Below the pieces are notes generated by a model. The model was given only the letters and a program-made list of their open reading frames with translations. It was not told the origin of the DNA and did not search any database. A stretch of DNA of 64,000 bases from Acutalibacteraceae bacterium. GTDB lineage: Bacteria > Bacillota > Clostridia > Oscillospirales > Acutalibacteraceae. The position numbers and the translations under genes are program-made. Where the stretch lies: the NCBI GenBank assembly GCA_051881315.1, contig JBJEPQ010000019.1, positions 16,570 through 80,569 of the forward strand. The letters run 5' to 3'. Shown here one piece after another: positions 44,622-53,116 of this stretch; the stretch's first letter is position 1, and each line of letters starts with the position of its first letter.

Positions 44622-46069
44622 TACTCAGGGTCGTCGATCATCAATTTCATTATGAAATGGAAAACCTTTGCAGGGTTTTCTATCCTCACGAAACGATCCG
44701 TGTTATCAGGGAGTACAACGGTGAAACCGACAAAATAACCGTCACAACCGAGCTTTGCGGTGAATACCTTGTTAAAGTCAGCGTTGATATTGACGGAGAA
44801 ATCGGCGAAAAGGAGAAGATTGTTGCCGATTTTGACGACTGCGAGAGGGAAATGGCGATCCTGCTTTTCTCTCTGCTTTCCGAAAAAACGGGTTACACTC
44901 CGAAATGGGGCATACTTACGGGTGTAAGACCGTCAAAGCTGATGAACACTCTGATCTCCGACTTTGGCGACGAGGGCGCAAAGGCTTATTTTAAAGATAA
45001 GCTGCTTGTAAGCGAGAACAAAACCGAGCTTGCCTATTCCGTTGCCAAGGCAGAGGAAAGAATAATGTCCCTCTCCGACGAAAAAAGCTTCAGTCTCTAT
45101 GTTTCGATCCCTTTCTGCCCGACAAGGTGCAACTATTGCTCATTCGTTTCCCATTCCATAGCTCAGGCGAAAAAGCTTTTGCCCGAATATGTTGAAAACC
45201 TTTGCAGGGAAATAAAAATGACGGCGGATATCGCCAACGATCTGGGCTTGAGGCTTGAATCAATTTACTGGGGCGGCGGCACACCGACCACCCTCCCGGC
45301 TCAGGATATTGAAAGAATCTGCGCCGAGATAAACGCAGATTTTGACCTTTCCGATATCCGTGAATATACGATTGAGGCAGGCAGACCTGATACGGTTACG
45401 CCCGAAAAGCTCAGGGTGATAAAGTCGGCAGGTGTCGGAAGAATAAGCATAAATCCGCAGACCTTTAACGACGATGTTCTCAAGGCGATCGGCAGACGTC
45501 ACACCGTCGATGATTTTATGCGTGTGTTCACCGAAGCAAGGAACGCAGGCTTTGACAATATCAATACCGATCTTATCGCAGGTCTGACGGACGACACCTA
45601 CGAAAGCTTTTGCAATTCCGTTGACAGGGCGATTGAGCTGAATCCCGAAAACATCACCCTGCACACCCTCGCTCTCAAGCGTTCATCGACTATCGTAACT
45701 CACGGAGTTGATGTTCAGAACGGTGAAACCGCAAATAAAATGCTGGAATATGCTCAGAATAAGTTCTATTCATCGGGGTACAGACCGTACTATATGTATA
45801 GGCAGTCACGCTCACTCGGCAATCTTGAGAATGTCGGCTGGTGCAAGGAGGGCTATGAGTGCCTTTACAACGTGTTTATGATGGAGGAGTGCCACACGGT
45901 GCTTGCCGTCGGTGCAGGAGCGGTCACCAAGCTCAAAGATCCGTACAGCCGAAACATTGAGAGAATTTTTAACTACAAATACCCGTACGAATATAATTCG
46001 AGATTTGATGTCCTTGCCGGGCGCAAGGAGCAGATCAGGGATTTTTATCAACGAATACAGAGGTGCTGA
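44618..46069 (+). CDS. hemZ: radical SAM protein, HemN/HemZ-like oxygen-independent coproporphyrinogen oxidase family
   Basis: CxxxCxxC cluster motif FCPTRCNYCSF, and GGGTPT. The extended N-terminal region resembles HemZ. The true substrate is uncertain for this family. Confidence 0.7.
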   Translation: MILRVVDHQFHYEMENLCRVFYPHETIRVIREYNGETDKITVTTELCGEYLVKVSVDIDGEIGEKEKIVADFDDCEREMAILLFSLLSEKTGYTPKWGILTGVRPSKLMNTLISDFGDEGAKAYFKDKLLVSENKTELAYSVAKAEERIMSLSDEKSFSLYVSIPFCPTRCNYCSFVSHSIAQAKKLLPEYVENLCREIKMTADIANDLGLRLESIYWGGGTPTTLPAQDIERICAEINADFDLSDIREYTIEAGRPDTVTPEKLRVIKSAGVGRISINPQTFNDDVLKAIGRRHTVDDFMRVFTEARNAGFDNINTDLIAGLTDDTYESFCNSVDRAIELNPENITLHTLALKRSSTIVTHGVDVQNGETANKMLEYAQNKFYSSGYRPYYMYRQSRSLGNLENVGWCKEGYECLYNVFMMEECHTVLAVGAGAVTKLKDPYSRNIERIFNYKYPYEYNSRFDVLAGRKEQIRDFYQRIQRC

Positions 46070-46978
46070 ATGGCATACTTTACTTTAAACGATATAAATA
46101 AAAATGTTGAGTCGAATGTTGAATCGTTTATCAACGATGCCGAGAGCCGATTTGAAAGCTCCGTCTCCGAGCTTGCGGATCGGTTTAGCTCCGACTGCGA
46201 CATTGTTCTGCTTGCAGGTCCCAGCTCGTCGGGCAAGACCACGACAGCAGGCAAAATAGCTCAGAAGATAAAAAACAGCGGCAGAAACGCATATACCCTG
46301 TCGCTGGACGACTATTACAGAAACGCCGCCGATATTCCTGTGACGGCTGAGGGACTGAAGGACTTTGAGAATGTCAGCGCACTGGATATTGACCTTATTC
46401 ACAAGACCTTCAGCGACCTGATTGAAAAAAGAACGGCTCAGGTGCCCGAATTTGATTTTGTCAGCGGAACGAGAAAGTCCGAGACCAAAAGGATGGAGCT
46501 GAAAAAGGACGATTTGATAATCGTTGAGGGTATCCATGCCCTCAACCCTATAATCACAAAAGGACTTGATGAAAGTCATATCACGAAAGTTTATATCAGC
46601 GTTTCGTCAAGAGTGACCGACGATTCAGGCAGGGTGATTTTCAGCAAGAGAAATCTTCGCCTTGTCCGCAGAATGATAAGGGATTATCATTACAGAAACA
46701 CCTCGGTTGAAAAGACGCTTTCCCAATGGTCCGAGGTGCTCAAGGGCGAGAATAAATATATCTTCCCGTTTGAGAGGAACTCAAGCTTCAGAATTGACTC
46801 CTTCCACCCGTATGAGCCGTGCCTTTTCAAGAGCGAAGCCGTTGAATTGCTCAAAAGCGTGGGGGAGGACAGCGACGTGTATCCGATAGCCTCCGAGCTG
46901 AAAAACAGCTTCTCGGAGCTTGACACAATAGATATGTCAAAGCTTCCTGCAAATTCTTTACTCAGAGAATTTGTTTAA
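46070..46978 (+). CDS. uridine kinase-family nucleoside kinase-like protein
   Basis: P-loop LLAGPSSSGKTTTAGK, SLDDYY, and IIVEGIHALNP, as in the Udk/PRK family. Confidence 0.7.
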   Translation: MAYFTLNDINKNVESNVESFINDAESRFESSVSELADRFSSDCDIVLLAGPSSSGKTTTAGKIAQKIKNSGRNAYTLSLDDYYRNAADIPVTAEGLKDFENVSALDIDLIHKTFSDLIEKRTAQVPEFDFVSGTRKSETKRMELKKDDLIIVEGIHALNPIITKGLDESHITKVYISVSSRVTDDSGRVIFSKRNLRLVRRMIRDYHYRNTSVEKTLSQWSEVLKGENKYIFPFERNSSFRIDSFHPYEPCLFKSEAVELLKSVGEDSDVYPIASELKNSFSELDTIDMSKLPANSLLREFV

Positions 46979-47004
46979 GCATTTGTAAAATGTTTTGAAA
47001 AATA

Positions 47005-47033
47005 TTGATAATTCAGTTTTTTTATGGTAAAAT
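47005..47033 (+). promoter_or_regulatory. sigma-A-type promoter
   Basis: TTGATA (47005..47010), 17-nt spacer, TAAAAT (47028..47033) preceded by TGG. Confidence 0.5.
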
Positions 47034-47102
47034 AAATTTCACCGATTTTTTATAGATAAATGTTTTCTTTATTATATAGAGATCTGAACAGGAGGAAACA
47101 CG

Positions 47103-48887
47103 ATGGCTGAGGAAAAGTCAGGTAAAAAGTCTCAATCGCTGTTGAGCGGAGCCTTTATACTTGTTGTTGCCACAATTCTCGTTAAGGTTATAGGAGCGTT
47201 ATTCAAAATACCGCTTTCCATGCTGATCGGAGAGGTCGGCAGAGGATATTTCAGCACGGCATATGAGATTTACACTCCGCTTTATTCAATATCAATGGCA
47301 GGCTTGCCTGTCGCTGTTTCAAGGCTTGTTGCCAAGGAACGCTCACTCGGTAATTTCCGTGATGTCAGAATGATAAGGCGCGTCGCAAGGCGGCTGTTTC
47401 TTATCATGGGTGTGCTCGGCACGGTTCTGCTTCTGCTGATAGCTTATCCGTACACAAAATACGTTGTCGGCTTTGTTGAGAATGTTTACTGCGTCCTTGC
47501 CATTGCACCGTCAATCTTTTTCTGCTGCTGTATGTCAACCTACAGAGGTTACTACGAGGGTATGCAGAATATGGTGCCAACGGCGATATCCGAGGTTATC
47601 GAGGTTGTCGGCAAGCTTGTTGTCGGTCTCGGCGCAAGCTATATTCTTCTCAAAACTCAGCTTGCCAAGTTTGCGGCAGGTCAGCCTGTCTTCGGCGCTG
47701 TCAGGGCGACCGAGGAGGAAGCTCTTGCCGCCATTTATCCTTTTGCCGCCGCAGCGGCAGTTCTCGGAGTTACCTCCGGTACGATTCTCGGTCTTATCTA
47801 CCTCGTTATCAGGCATAAGATTGCCGGCGACGGAATTACAAAGTCGGAGCTTTTAGCTTCACCCAAGCCGCAGAGCGGCAGAACGCTTGCCAAGATAATT
47901 ATTATGACGGCTCTGCCGATTGCGGCAAGCTCTCTTGTTACCAATATCACAAACCTCATCGACGCCGCAACAATTCAGAACAGACTTAAATATGCTTTTG
48001 AAAAAGCACCCGATGTTATCAACGCTCTTTACGGCGCAGAGTTTGAGGCTATGAAAATTGCCGATTCTCAGGTTGTAAAATATATCTACGGAATTTACAA
48101 CGAGGTTCTTGACTTCAAAAATCTAATTCCGACCATCACAATGACGCTCGGAATTAGTGCAATTCCCGTGCTTTCTGCGGCGTGGGCAAACCGCCAGCGC
48201 AACGATATCAAGGTTGCCGTTGAGTCGGTTATCAGGGTAACGATGCTCATCTCTCTCCCGACAGGCTTCGGTCTCGCGGCTGTCGCCCACTCGCTTCTGG
48301 ATATGTTCTATCCTGCGGCTACGGCTAATATAGGCGCACCGATACTTGCGGTTTATGGCTGTACAATATTCATCTTTGCCGTTTCGTCACCGATAACGAG
48401 TATGCTCCAGGGACTCGGCAGAACCGATATTCCGCTAAAGTCGCTGATCGTCGGCGCAGTAATAAAAATTGTGCTCAACTATGTGCTTATCGGAAATCCG
48501 CATATCAATATTCAGGGTGCTCCGATCGCTTCAATCGCCTGCTATCTCGTTGTTGTGATAATCAATATGTATTCGATCATCAAGCTCACGGGAGTGAAGA
48601 TCAACTTTATGTCGGTTTTCATCAAGCCTTGCATCTGCTCGGCGATCAGTGCTGTCGTAGCTTTCCTGACCAATCTTGTATTCGGCAAGTTCCTCGGCAA
48701 TCTCGGCAATCCCGACGGAATGTTTAACGGAAACTCCGTTGCTCTGATAATCGCCGTCATTGCGGCAGTTATTTCGTACGTTATTACTATACTTCTTTTC
48801 AAGGGAATTTCAAAAGATGACCTCCTTATGATACCAAAGGGAGAAAAAATTGCCGAAGCCCTTGAAAAACGAGGATTTTTAGGTTAA
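47103..48887 (+). CDS. MOP-superfamily polysaccharide/lipid-II flippase-like protein (YabM/SpoVB/MurJ-like)
   Basis: 594 aa with about 14 TM segments and N-terminus LLSGAFILVVATILVKVIGALFKIPL. Its position before mazG-yabO-yabP-yabQ matches yabM in B. subtilis. Confidence 0.8.
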   Translation: MAEEKSGKKSQSLLSGAFILVVATILVKVIGALFKIPLSMLIGEVGRGYFSTAYEIYTPLYSISMAGLPVAVSRLVAKERSLGNFRDVRMIRRVARRLFLIMGVLGTVLLLLIAYPYTKYVVGFVENVYCVLAIAPSIFFCCCMSTYRGYYEGMQNMVPTAISEVIEVVGKLVVGLGASYILLKTQLAKFAAGQPVFGAVRATEEEALAAIYPFAAAAAVLGVTSGTILGLIYLVIRHKIAGDGITKSELLASPKPQSGRTLAKIIIMTALPIAASSLVTNITNLIDAATIQNRLKYAFEKAPDVINALYGAEFEAMKIADSQVVKYIYGIYNEVLDFKNLIPTITMTLGISAIPVLSAAWANRQRNDIKVAVESVIRVTMLISLPTGFGLAAVAHSLLDMFYPAATANIGAPILAVYGCTIFIFAVSSPITSMLQGLGRTDIPLKSLIVGAVIKIVLNYVLIGNPHINIQGAPIASIACYLVVVIINMYSIIKLTGVKINFMSVFIKPCICSAISAVVAFLTNLVFGKFLGNLGNPDGMFNGNSVALIIAVIAAVISYVITILLFKGISKDDLLMIPKGEKIAEALEKRGFLG

Positions 48888-48893
48888 AATAAT

Positions 48894-49697
48894 ATGGATA
48901 TGAAAAACGGATTTGAATTTAAAGAGAAATACAACGTTTACGATCTTGTTGAGATCATGAGAATACTCCGCTCCGAGGGCGGCTGTCCCTGGGACATCAA
49001 GCAGACTCACGAGAGCATCAAGAAAAATCTCATCGAGGAGACATATGAGACGATCGAAGCGATCAATAAGAACGATCCCGATATGCTTCGTGAGGAGCTC
49101 GGAGATGTGCTGATGCAGGTGGTTTTCCACACTCAGATCGAGAGGGAAAAGGGCGTCTTTGATATTGACGACGTTGCCGATGAAAACTGCAAAAAGTTGA
49201 TCGAGCGTCATCCCCATGTTTTCGGAGAGGTCAATGTTAATTCGGTTGACGATGTGCTGACAAATTGGGACGCTATCAAAAGAAAGTCCAAGGGGCAGAA
49301 ATCAACCTCACAGGCGATCGACTCGGTTCCGAGGGAGCTTCCTGCACTTATGAGAGCTGCGAAAATTCAGTCCAAAGCCGCAAAGGCAGGCTTTGACTGG
49401 GACGAGGTCGGCGGTGCGCTTGACAAGCTTTCCGAGGAGATCGCAGAGCTTAAAGAAGCGATCGCAAACGGAGATAAGGATAACATCAATGAAGAGCTCG
49501 GCGACGTTCTTTTCTCCGCCGTCAATGTTTCCCGCTTTGTCGATGCCGATGCCGAAGAGTCTCTCACCGACGCAACGGACAAGTTTGTTGCACGTTTCAA
49601 GACTGTTGAAAAGCTTGCCCGTGAAAGAAATATAGATATGAAGCAGTCGGATATCGAAACGCTTGACAGGCTTTGGGACGAAGCCAAACAAAACTAA
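48894..49697 (+). CDS. mazG: nucleoside triphosphate pyrophosphohydrolase MazG
   Basis: Tandem MazG domains: CPWDIKQTHESIKKNLIEETYE...ELGDVLMQVVFH and EEIAELKEA...EELGDVLFSAVN. Confidence 0.9.
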   Translation: MDMKNGFEFKEKYNVYDLVEIMRILRSEGGCPWDIKQTHESIKKNLIEETYETIEAINKNDPDMLREELGDVLMQVVFHTQIEREKGVFDIDDVADENCKKLIERHPHVFGEVNVNSVDDVLTNWDAIKRKSKGQKSTSQAIDSVPRELPALMRAAKIQSKAAKAGFDWDEVGGALDKLSEEIAELKEAIANGDKDNINEELGDVLFSAVNVSRFVDADAEESLTDATDKFVARFKTVEKLARERNIDMKQSDIETLDRLWDEAKQN

Positions 49698-49782
49698 TCA
49701 ATTCAAATGATATGCTTTAAGGCTGACGAATGGTGCTTCGGAGACCTTGGAGATTTCATAATAAAAAACTGGAGGAATTACA

Positions 49783-50055
49783 ATGAATAAGACAGAATTT
49801 ATCAACGCAGTTGCCGCTAAGGGTGAAATGGACAAGAAGGCTGCCGAGAAAGCAGTCAACGCTGTTATCGCCGCAACAACTGACGCACTCAAGAACGGTG
49901 AGAAGATCCAGCTTGTTGGCTTCGGCACATTCGAGATCAGAGAGCGTTCAGAGAAGCAGGCTCGCAACCCCAGAACAGGCGAAACAATGACTGTTCCCGC
50001 AAGCAAGGTACCGGCTTTCAAGGCAGGTAAGGCTCTCAAGGACGCTGTTAAATAA
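49783..50055 (+). CDS. hup: HU-family DNA-binding protein
   Basis: MNKTEFINAVAAKGEMDKKAAEKAVNAVIAATTDALKNGEKIQLVGFGTFEIRERSEKQARNPRTGETMTVPASKVPAFKAGKALKDAV is canonical HU. Confidence 0.97.
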   Translation: MNKTEFINAVAAKGEMDKKAAEKAVNAVIAATTDALKNGEKIQLVGFGTFEIRERSEKQARNPRTGETMTVPASKVPAFKAGKALKDAVK

Positions 50056-50079
50056 TTCTATTTTAGTTCGATTGTAATG

Positions 50080-50116
50080 GGCAGGGCAAACAAAAATGTC
50101 CTGCCTCTGTTTTTTA
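50080..50116 (+). terminator. intrinsic terminator of hup
   Basis: ggcagggca / tgtcctgcc stem followed by TCTGTTTTTT. Confidence 0.75.
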
Positions 50117-50133
50117 AATTTTGAATAAAACCG

Positions 50134-50168
50134 CCCACGGCACATTTTTCGTTCGGGGCAGTACCTTT
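50134..50168. repeat. copy of the dispersed element seen at 25020..25054
   Basis: cccacggcacatttttcgttcggggcagtaccttt. See 25020..25054. Confidence 0.7.
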
Positions 50169-50224
50169 GTACAGCACCGCTCGCTGCAAAAAGCACCGTG
50201 AACGGTTTTCTTGCAAAATTTTTT

Positions 50225-50249
50225 AAAGGTAACTGCCCACGGCACATTT
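50225..50249. repeat. chimeric partial copy: inverted right end fused to direct left end of the same element
   Basis: aaaggtaactgccc is the reverse complement of gggcagt(t)accttt (50156..50168). It is immediately followed by ccacggcacattt, a direct repeat of 50135..50147. Confidence 0.6.
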
Positions 50250-50278
50250 ATGTTTCACCGAAAGGATCGGATAAGAAT

Positions 50279-50521
50279 ATGAGACTGGATAAATATCTCA
50301 AGGTTTCCCGTGTTATCAAGCGCAGAACTATTGCCAACGAGGTGTGCGACGCAAAGCACGTCCTTGTCAACGGCAAGATTGCCCGTGCTTCGTACGACGT
50401 CAAGGAGAATGATGTCATCGAGATAACCATGGGCTCGAACACTACCAAAATTCAGGTCACCAAGGTTACGGAGCACGCCAACAAGGACGATGCGGCTTTG
50501 ATGTATAGGGTAATAGATTGA
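50279..50521 (+). CDS. yabO: S4-domain RNA-binding protein YabO
   Basis: MRLDKYLKVSRVIKRRTIANEVCDAKHVLVNGKIARASYDVKENDVIEI is an S4 domain. ATG at 50279. The ORF-track N-terminal extension reads through the repeat element. Confidence 0.85.
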   Translation: MRLDKYLKVSRVIKRRTIANEVCDAKHVLVNGKIARASYDVKENDVIEITMGSNTTKIQVTKVTEHANKDDAALMYRVID

Positions 50522-50565
50522 ATATGTTCTGACCTCGCCTCATATATTTTTATGAGGTGTTTTTT

Positions 50566-50829
50566 ATGTCTGAAGATTTTATCCACGATGTTGTAATAGA
50601 AAATCGGCAAAAGCTAAGCGCAACCGGCATCGAAAACGTTGACAGCTACGAGGAGGACTGCATAATCGCTCAGAGCGAGTGCGGTGAGATCGTAATCAGG
50701 GGACGTGATCTGAAAATAAGCCGTCTGTCCGTTGAAACAGGGGATATGACCGTCGAGGGCGGCATTGACAGCGTCGGCTACAATGCACCCAAGGTTAAAG
50801 GCAGTTTTCTGAACAGGGTGTTCCGATGA
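50566..50829 (+). CDS. yabP: sporulation protein YabP
   Basis: HDVVIENRQKLSATGIENVDSYEEDCIIAQSECGEIVIRGRDLKISRLSVETGDMTVEG follows the YabP pattern. Position before yabQ. Confidence 0.85.
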   Translation: MSEDFIHDVVIENRQKLSATGIENVDSYEEDCIIAQSECGEIVIRGRDLKISRLSVETGDMTVEGGIDSVGYNAPKVKGSFLNRVFR

Positions 50830-51239
50830 TCGACTATCTTCCTAAAACCTCCGAACAGCTTTTAGGGTTTATCTATTCCGTCGGGATAGGGCTTGCCCTC
50901 GGGTTTGTCTACGGATTGCTGAGAATATTATTTTTTTTCCTGTCAGGAAGTGATAAAAAATTCACTCTTACAAGGGATATAATATTTCTGCTGTTCTGCC
51001 TGACCGTCACCTTCTTTTTCTTCCTTATCCGATACAACGGCAAGGTGATGTTTTTCGCCGTGGCAGGGGAGCTCCTCGGAGGATACGGTGCGTTTAAGCT
51101 AACGGATTCGTTTATCTCTTACCTGATCCGAAAAATTCTCAGAAAGGTGAGGAAAAGAATTTCCGGCTTTGTCCTCTCTGTAAGGCGCAAAGCGATATCT
51201 TTCGTCAGAAAAATCCAAAACTGTAAAAAAATATTATAA
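50826..51239 (+). CDS. yabQ: spore cortex biosynthesis protein YabQ
   Basis: Small membrane protein: LLGFIYSVGIGLALGFVYGLLRILFFF. It overlaps the yabP stop, and the yabP-yabQ-divIC order is conserved. Confidence 0.75.
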   Translation: MIDYLPKTSEQLLGFIYSVGIGLALGFVYGLLRILFFFLSGSDKKFTLTRDIIFLLFCLTVTFFFFLIRYNGKVMFFAVAGELLGGYGAFKLTDSFISYLIRKILRKVRKRISGFVLSVRRKAISFVRKIQNCKKIL

Positions 51240-51265
51240 AATATAAAAAATTTTCTAAAAATGAC

Positions 51266-51295
51266 TTGCATAATCGACACAATATAGTGTATAAT
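51266..51295 (+). promoter_or_regulatory. sigma-A-type promoter for divIC
   Basis: TTGCAT (51266..51271), 18-nt spacer, TATAAT (51290..51295) preceded by GTG (extended -10). Confidence 0.5.
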
Positions 51296-51350
51296 CATTC
51301 CGTAACGGAGTGTCCGTTGCAAGAAGAAATTCGGAATCGAGGTGACTGAA

Positions 51351-51644
51351 ATGGCTGAAAAGAAGAAGCGCAAGCATAGTTTCATTGTTTCATTCTGCAT
51401 TATTGCGCTGTGTGCATATTTCGCCATTTCGTTGATAACCATACATAGAGAGATCAGAGAAACCAAAGCTGAAATTGCCGATGTCAAGGCATCCTATGAC
51501 GAGCAGGTTGCGGAAAACGCTCAGATTAAGAAAAGAATTGACAGCGGTGAAATAGATGAATACGTCGAAAAGATTGCAAGAGATGAGCTTGGGTATGTTA
51601 AGCCCGGCGAGCACGTCTATTACGAAGTCTCTGTGAACGATTGA
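51351..51644 (+). CDS. divIC: septum formation initiator, FtsB/DivIC family
   Basis: A single TM segment (FIVSFCIIALCAYFAISLITI), a coiled coil, then ARDELGYVKPGE. ATG at 51351 after GAGGTGA. Confidence 0.85.
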   Translation: MAEKKKRKHSFIVSFCIIALCAYFAISLITIHREIRETKAEIADVKASYDEQVAENAQIKKRIDSGEIDEYVEKIARDELGYVKPGEHVYYEVSVND

Positions 51645-51674
51645 CGGTTCGGAAAAAAGAGGAGTACGCATTTT

Positions 51675-52118
51675 ATGCAGTTGGAAGTTGGTTCAATAGT
51701 TGAGGGAAAAGTAACAGGTTTTACGTCTTTCGGCGCCTTTGTCGATCTTGATGACGGCAAAAAGGGAATGGTACATATTTCCGAGGTGGCGACGGAATTT
51801 GTAAAGGATATCAAGGATCATCTGAAAGTCGGTCAGCAGGTCAAGGTAAAGGTTCTTTCTATTGCAGATGACGGTAAGATCAGCCTGTCTATCCGAAAAG
51901 CCGTTGAACAGCCTAAAACTCAGAAGCCAAAGTCCACCCAGCAGAGAAGACCTGCGGCGAACGTTTGGCAGGGCAATAAGAGCACGGATAATCAACCTCA
52001 GTCCTTTGAAAGCATGATGGCGAAATTCAAGCAGGTAAGCGACGAGAAGATGTCGGATTTGAAGCGTGACTCCAAGCACGGCGGCGGATACAACCGTCGC
52101 GGTACAAATAAACTGTGA
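51675..52118 (+). CDS. yabR: S1-domain RNA-binding protein YabR
   Basis: GSIVEGKVTGFTSFGAFVDLDDGKKGMVHISEVATEFVKDIKDHLKVGQQVKVKVLSI is an S1 domain. It follows divIC as in Bacillus. Confidence 0.88.
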   Translation: MQLEVGSIVEGKVTGFTSFGAFVDLDDGKKGMVHISEVATEFVKDIKDHLKVGQQVKVKVLSIADDGKISLSIRKAVEQPKTQKPKSTQQRRPAANVWQGNKSTDNQPQSFESMMAKFKQVSDEKMSDLKRDSKHGGGYNRRGTNKL

Positions 52119-52125
52119 GGTATTT

Positions 52126-52153
52126 CAGGGGCAGGTTTCTGCTCCTGTTTTTT
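52126..52153 (+). terminator. intrinsic terminator after yabR
   Basis: caggggcag-gttt-ctgctcctg (9 bp including one G-U pair) followed by TTTTTT. Confidence 0.75.
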
Positions 52154-52166
52154 GTAGGTGATTATT

Positions 52167-53012
52167 TTGAGAGAAATAGATGTAAGCGTAATAACAAAGA
52201 CGGTTGCCGAGCTTTGCATCAGGGCAAACAAGCTCCTGCCCGACGACCTTGCCGAAACAATTTCTTCCTGCCGAGGCTGTGAGAGAAATCCTCTTGCCGA
52301 AAGCGTGCTCGGAGATATCGAGGCAAATCTTGATGCGGCAAAGGAGTTGGATATACCGATCTGTCAGGATACGGGTATGGCGGTCGTTTTTCTTGATATA
52401 GGTCAGGACGTGCATTTTGTCGGCGGCAGTCTTTACGATGCGGTCAACAGGGGAGTCCATGACGGTTATGTGGACGGCTATCTGCGCTGTTCGGTGGTGT
52501 CCGATCCGCTCAGAAGGGTGAACACCAGGGACAACACTCCTGCCGTTATTCACACGAATATTGTTGACGGCGACGGCGTGAAGATCACCGTTGCTCCTAA
52601 GGGCTTCGGCAGCGAGAATATGAGCTGTCTTAAAATGATGACGCCTGCGAGGGGCAGGGAGGATATCATCGAATATGTTCTTGACTGCGTGAAAACCGCA
52701 GGCGGCAATCCCTGTCCGCCCATCGTTCTCGGCATAGGCATCGGCGGCGACTTTGAGCAATGTGCCTTCCTTGCCAAAAAGGCTCTTTGCAGGAGCGTTT
52801 CTCAGAAAAATCCCGATGAATTTTATAACGATATGGAAGCTGAAATTCTTGACCGCATCAACAGGGAAACGGGCGTAGGCCCTCAGGGCTTCGGCGGCGA
52901 CACGAGCGCTCTTTCCGTTGCCATTGAGACCGCTCCGACGCATATTGCAGGACTTCCCGTTGCGGTGAATTTCGGATGCCACGTCACCCGTCACGCAAGT
53001 GAAAATCTTTAA
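52167..53012 (+). CDS. class I (Fe-S) fumarate/L-tartrate hydratase, alpha (N-terminal) subunit
   Basis: (M)REIDVSVITKTVAELCIRAN..., PICQDTGMAVVFLDIGQDV, GFGSENMS. Probable TTG start at 52167, 6 nt after AGGTG. No beta-subunit gene follows. Confidence 0.85.
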   Translation: MREIDVSVITKTVAELCIRANKLLPDDLAETISSCRGCERNPLAESVLGDIEANLDAAKELDIPICQDTGMAVVFLDIGQDVHFVGGSLYDAVNRGVHDGYVDGYLRCSVVSDPLRRVNTRDNTPAVIHTNIVDGDGVKITVAPKGFGSENMSCLKMMTPARGREDIIEYVLDCVKTAGGNPCPPIVLGIGIGGDFEQCAFLAKKALCRSVSQKNPDEFYNDMEAEILDRINRETGVGPQGFGGDTSALSVAIETAPTHIAGLPVAVNFGCHVTRHASENL

Positions 53013-53116
53013 AATCGTCCACAGAGAGTTTTTGACGGTTTTTTTCGTCAAAAGGTGAAGTAATTCCGTCATACAGCCCAAGCCTTCTTGTCAATACACT
53101 TATTTGAGGTTAGATA

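Noticed and set aside
49948-50247. A 99-aa minus-strand ORF covering the hup 3' end, the hup terminator and the dispersed repeat copies
   Set aside because: The MCRG... and YCPERKMCRG strings are translations of the repeated DNA element. The ORF also overlaps hup antisense.
52125-53081. A 318-aa ORF antisense to the fumarate hydratase alpha subunit. Similar long antisense ORFs lie at 3213..4181, 20297..21136, 27122..27835 and 53483..54325
   Set aside because: Every one of them mirrors a sense gene with strong family motifs. They are treated as shadow ORFs. Antisense expression could only be shown by transcriptomics or ribosome profiling.
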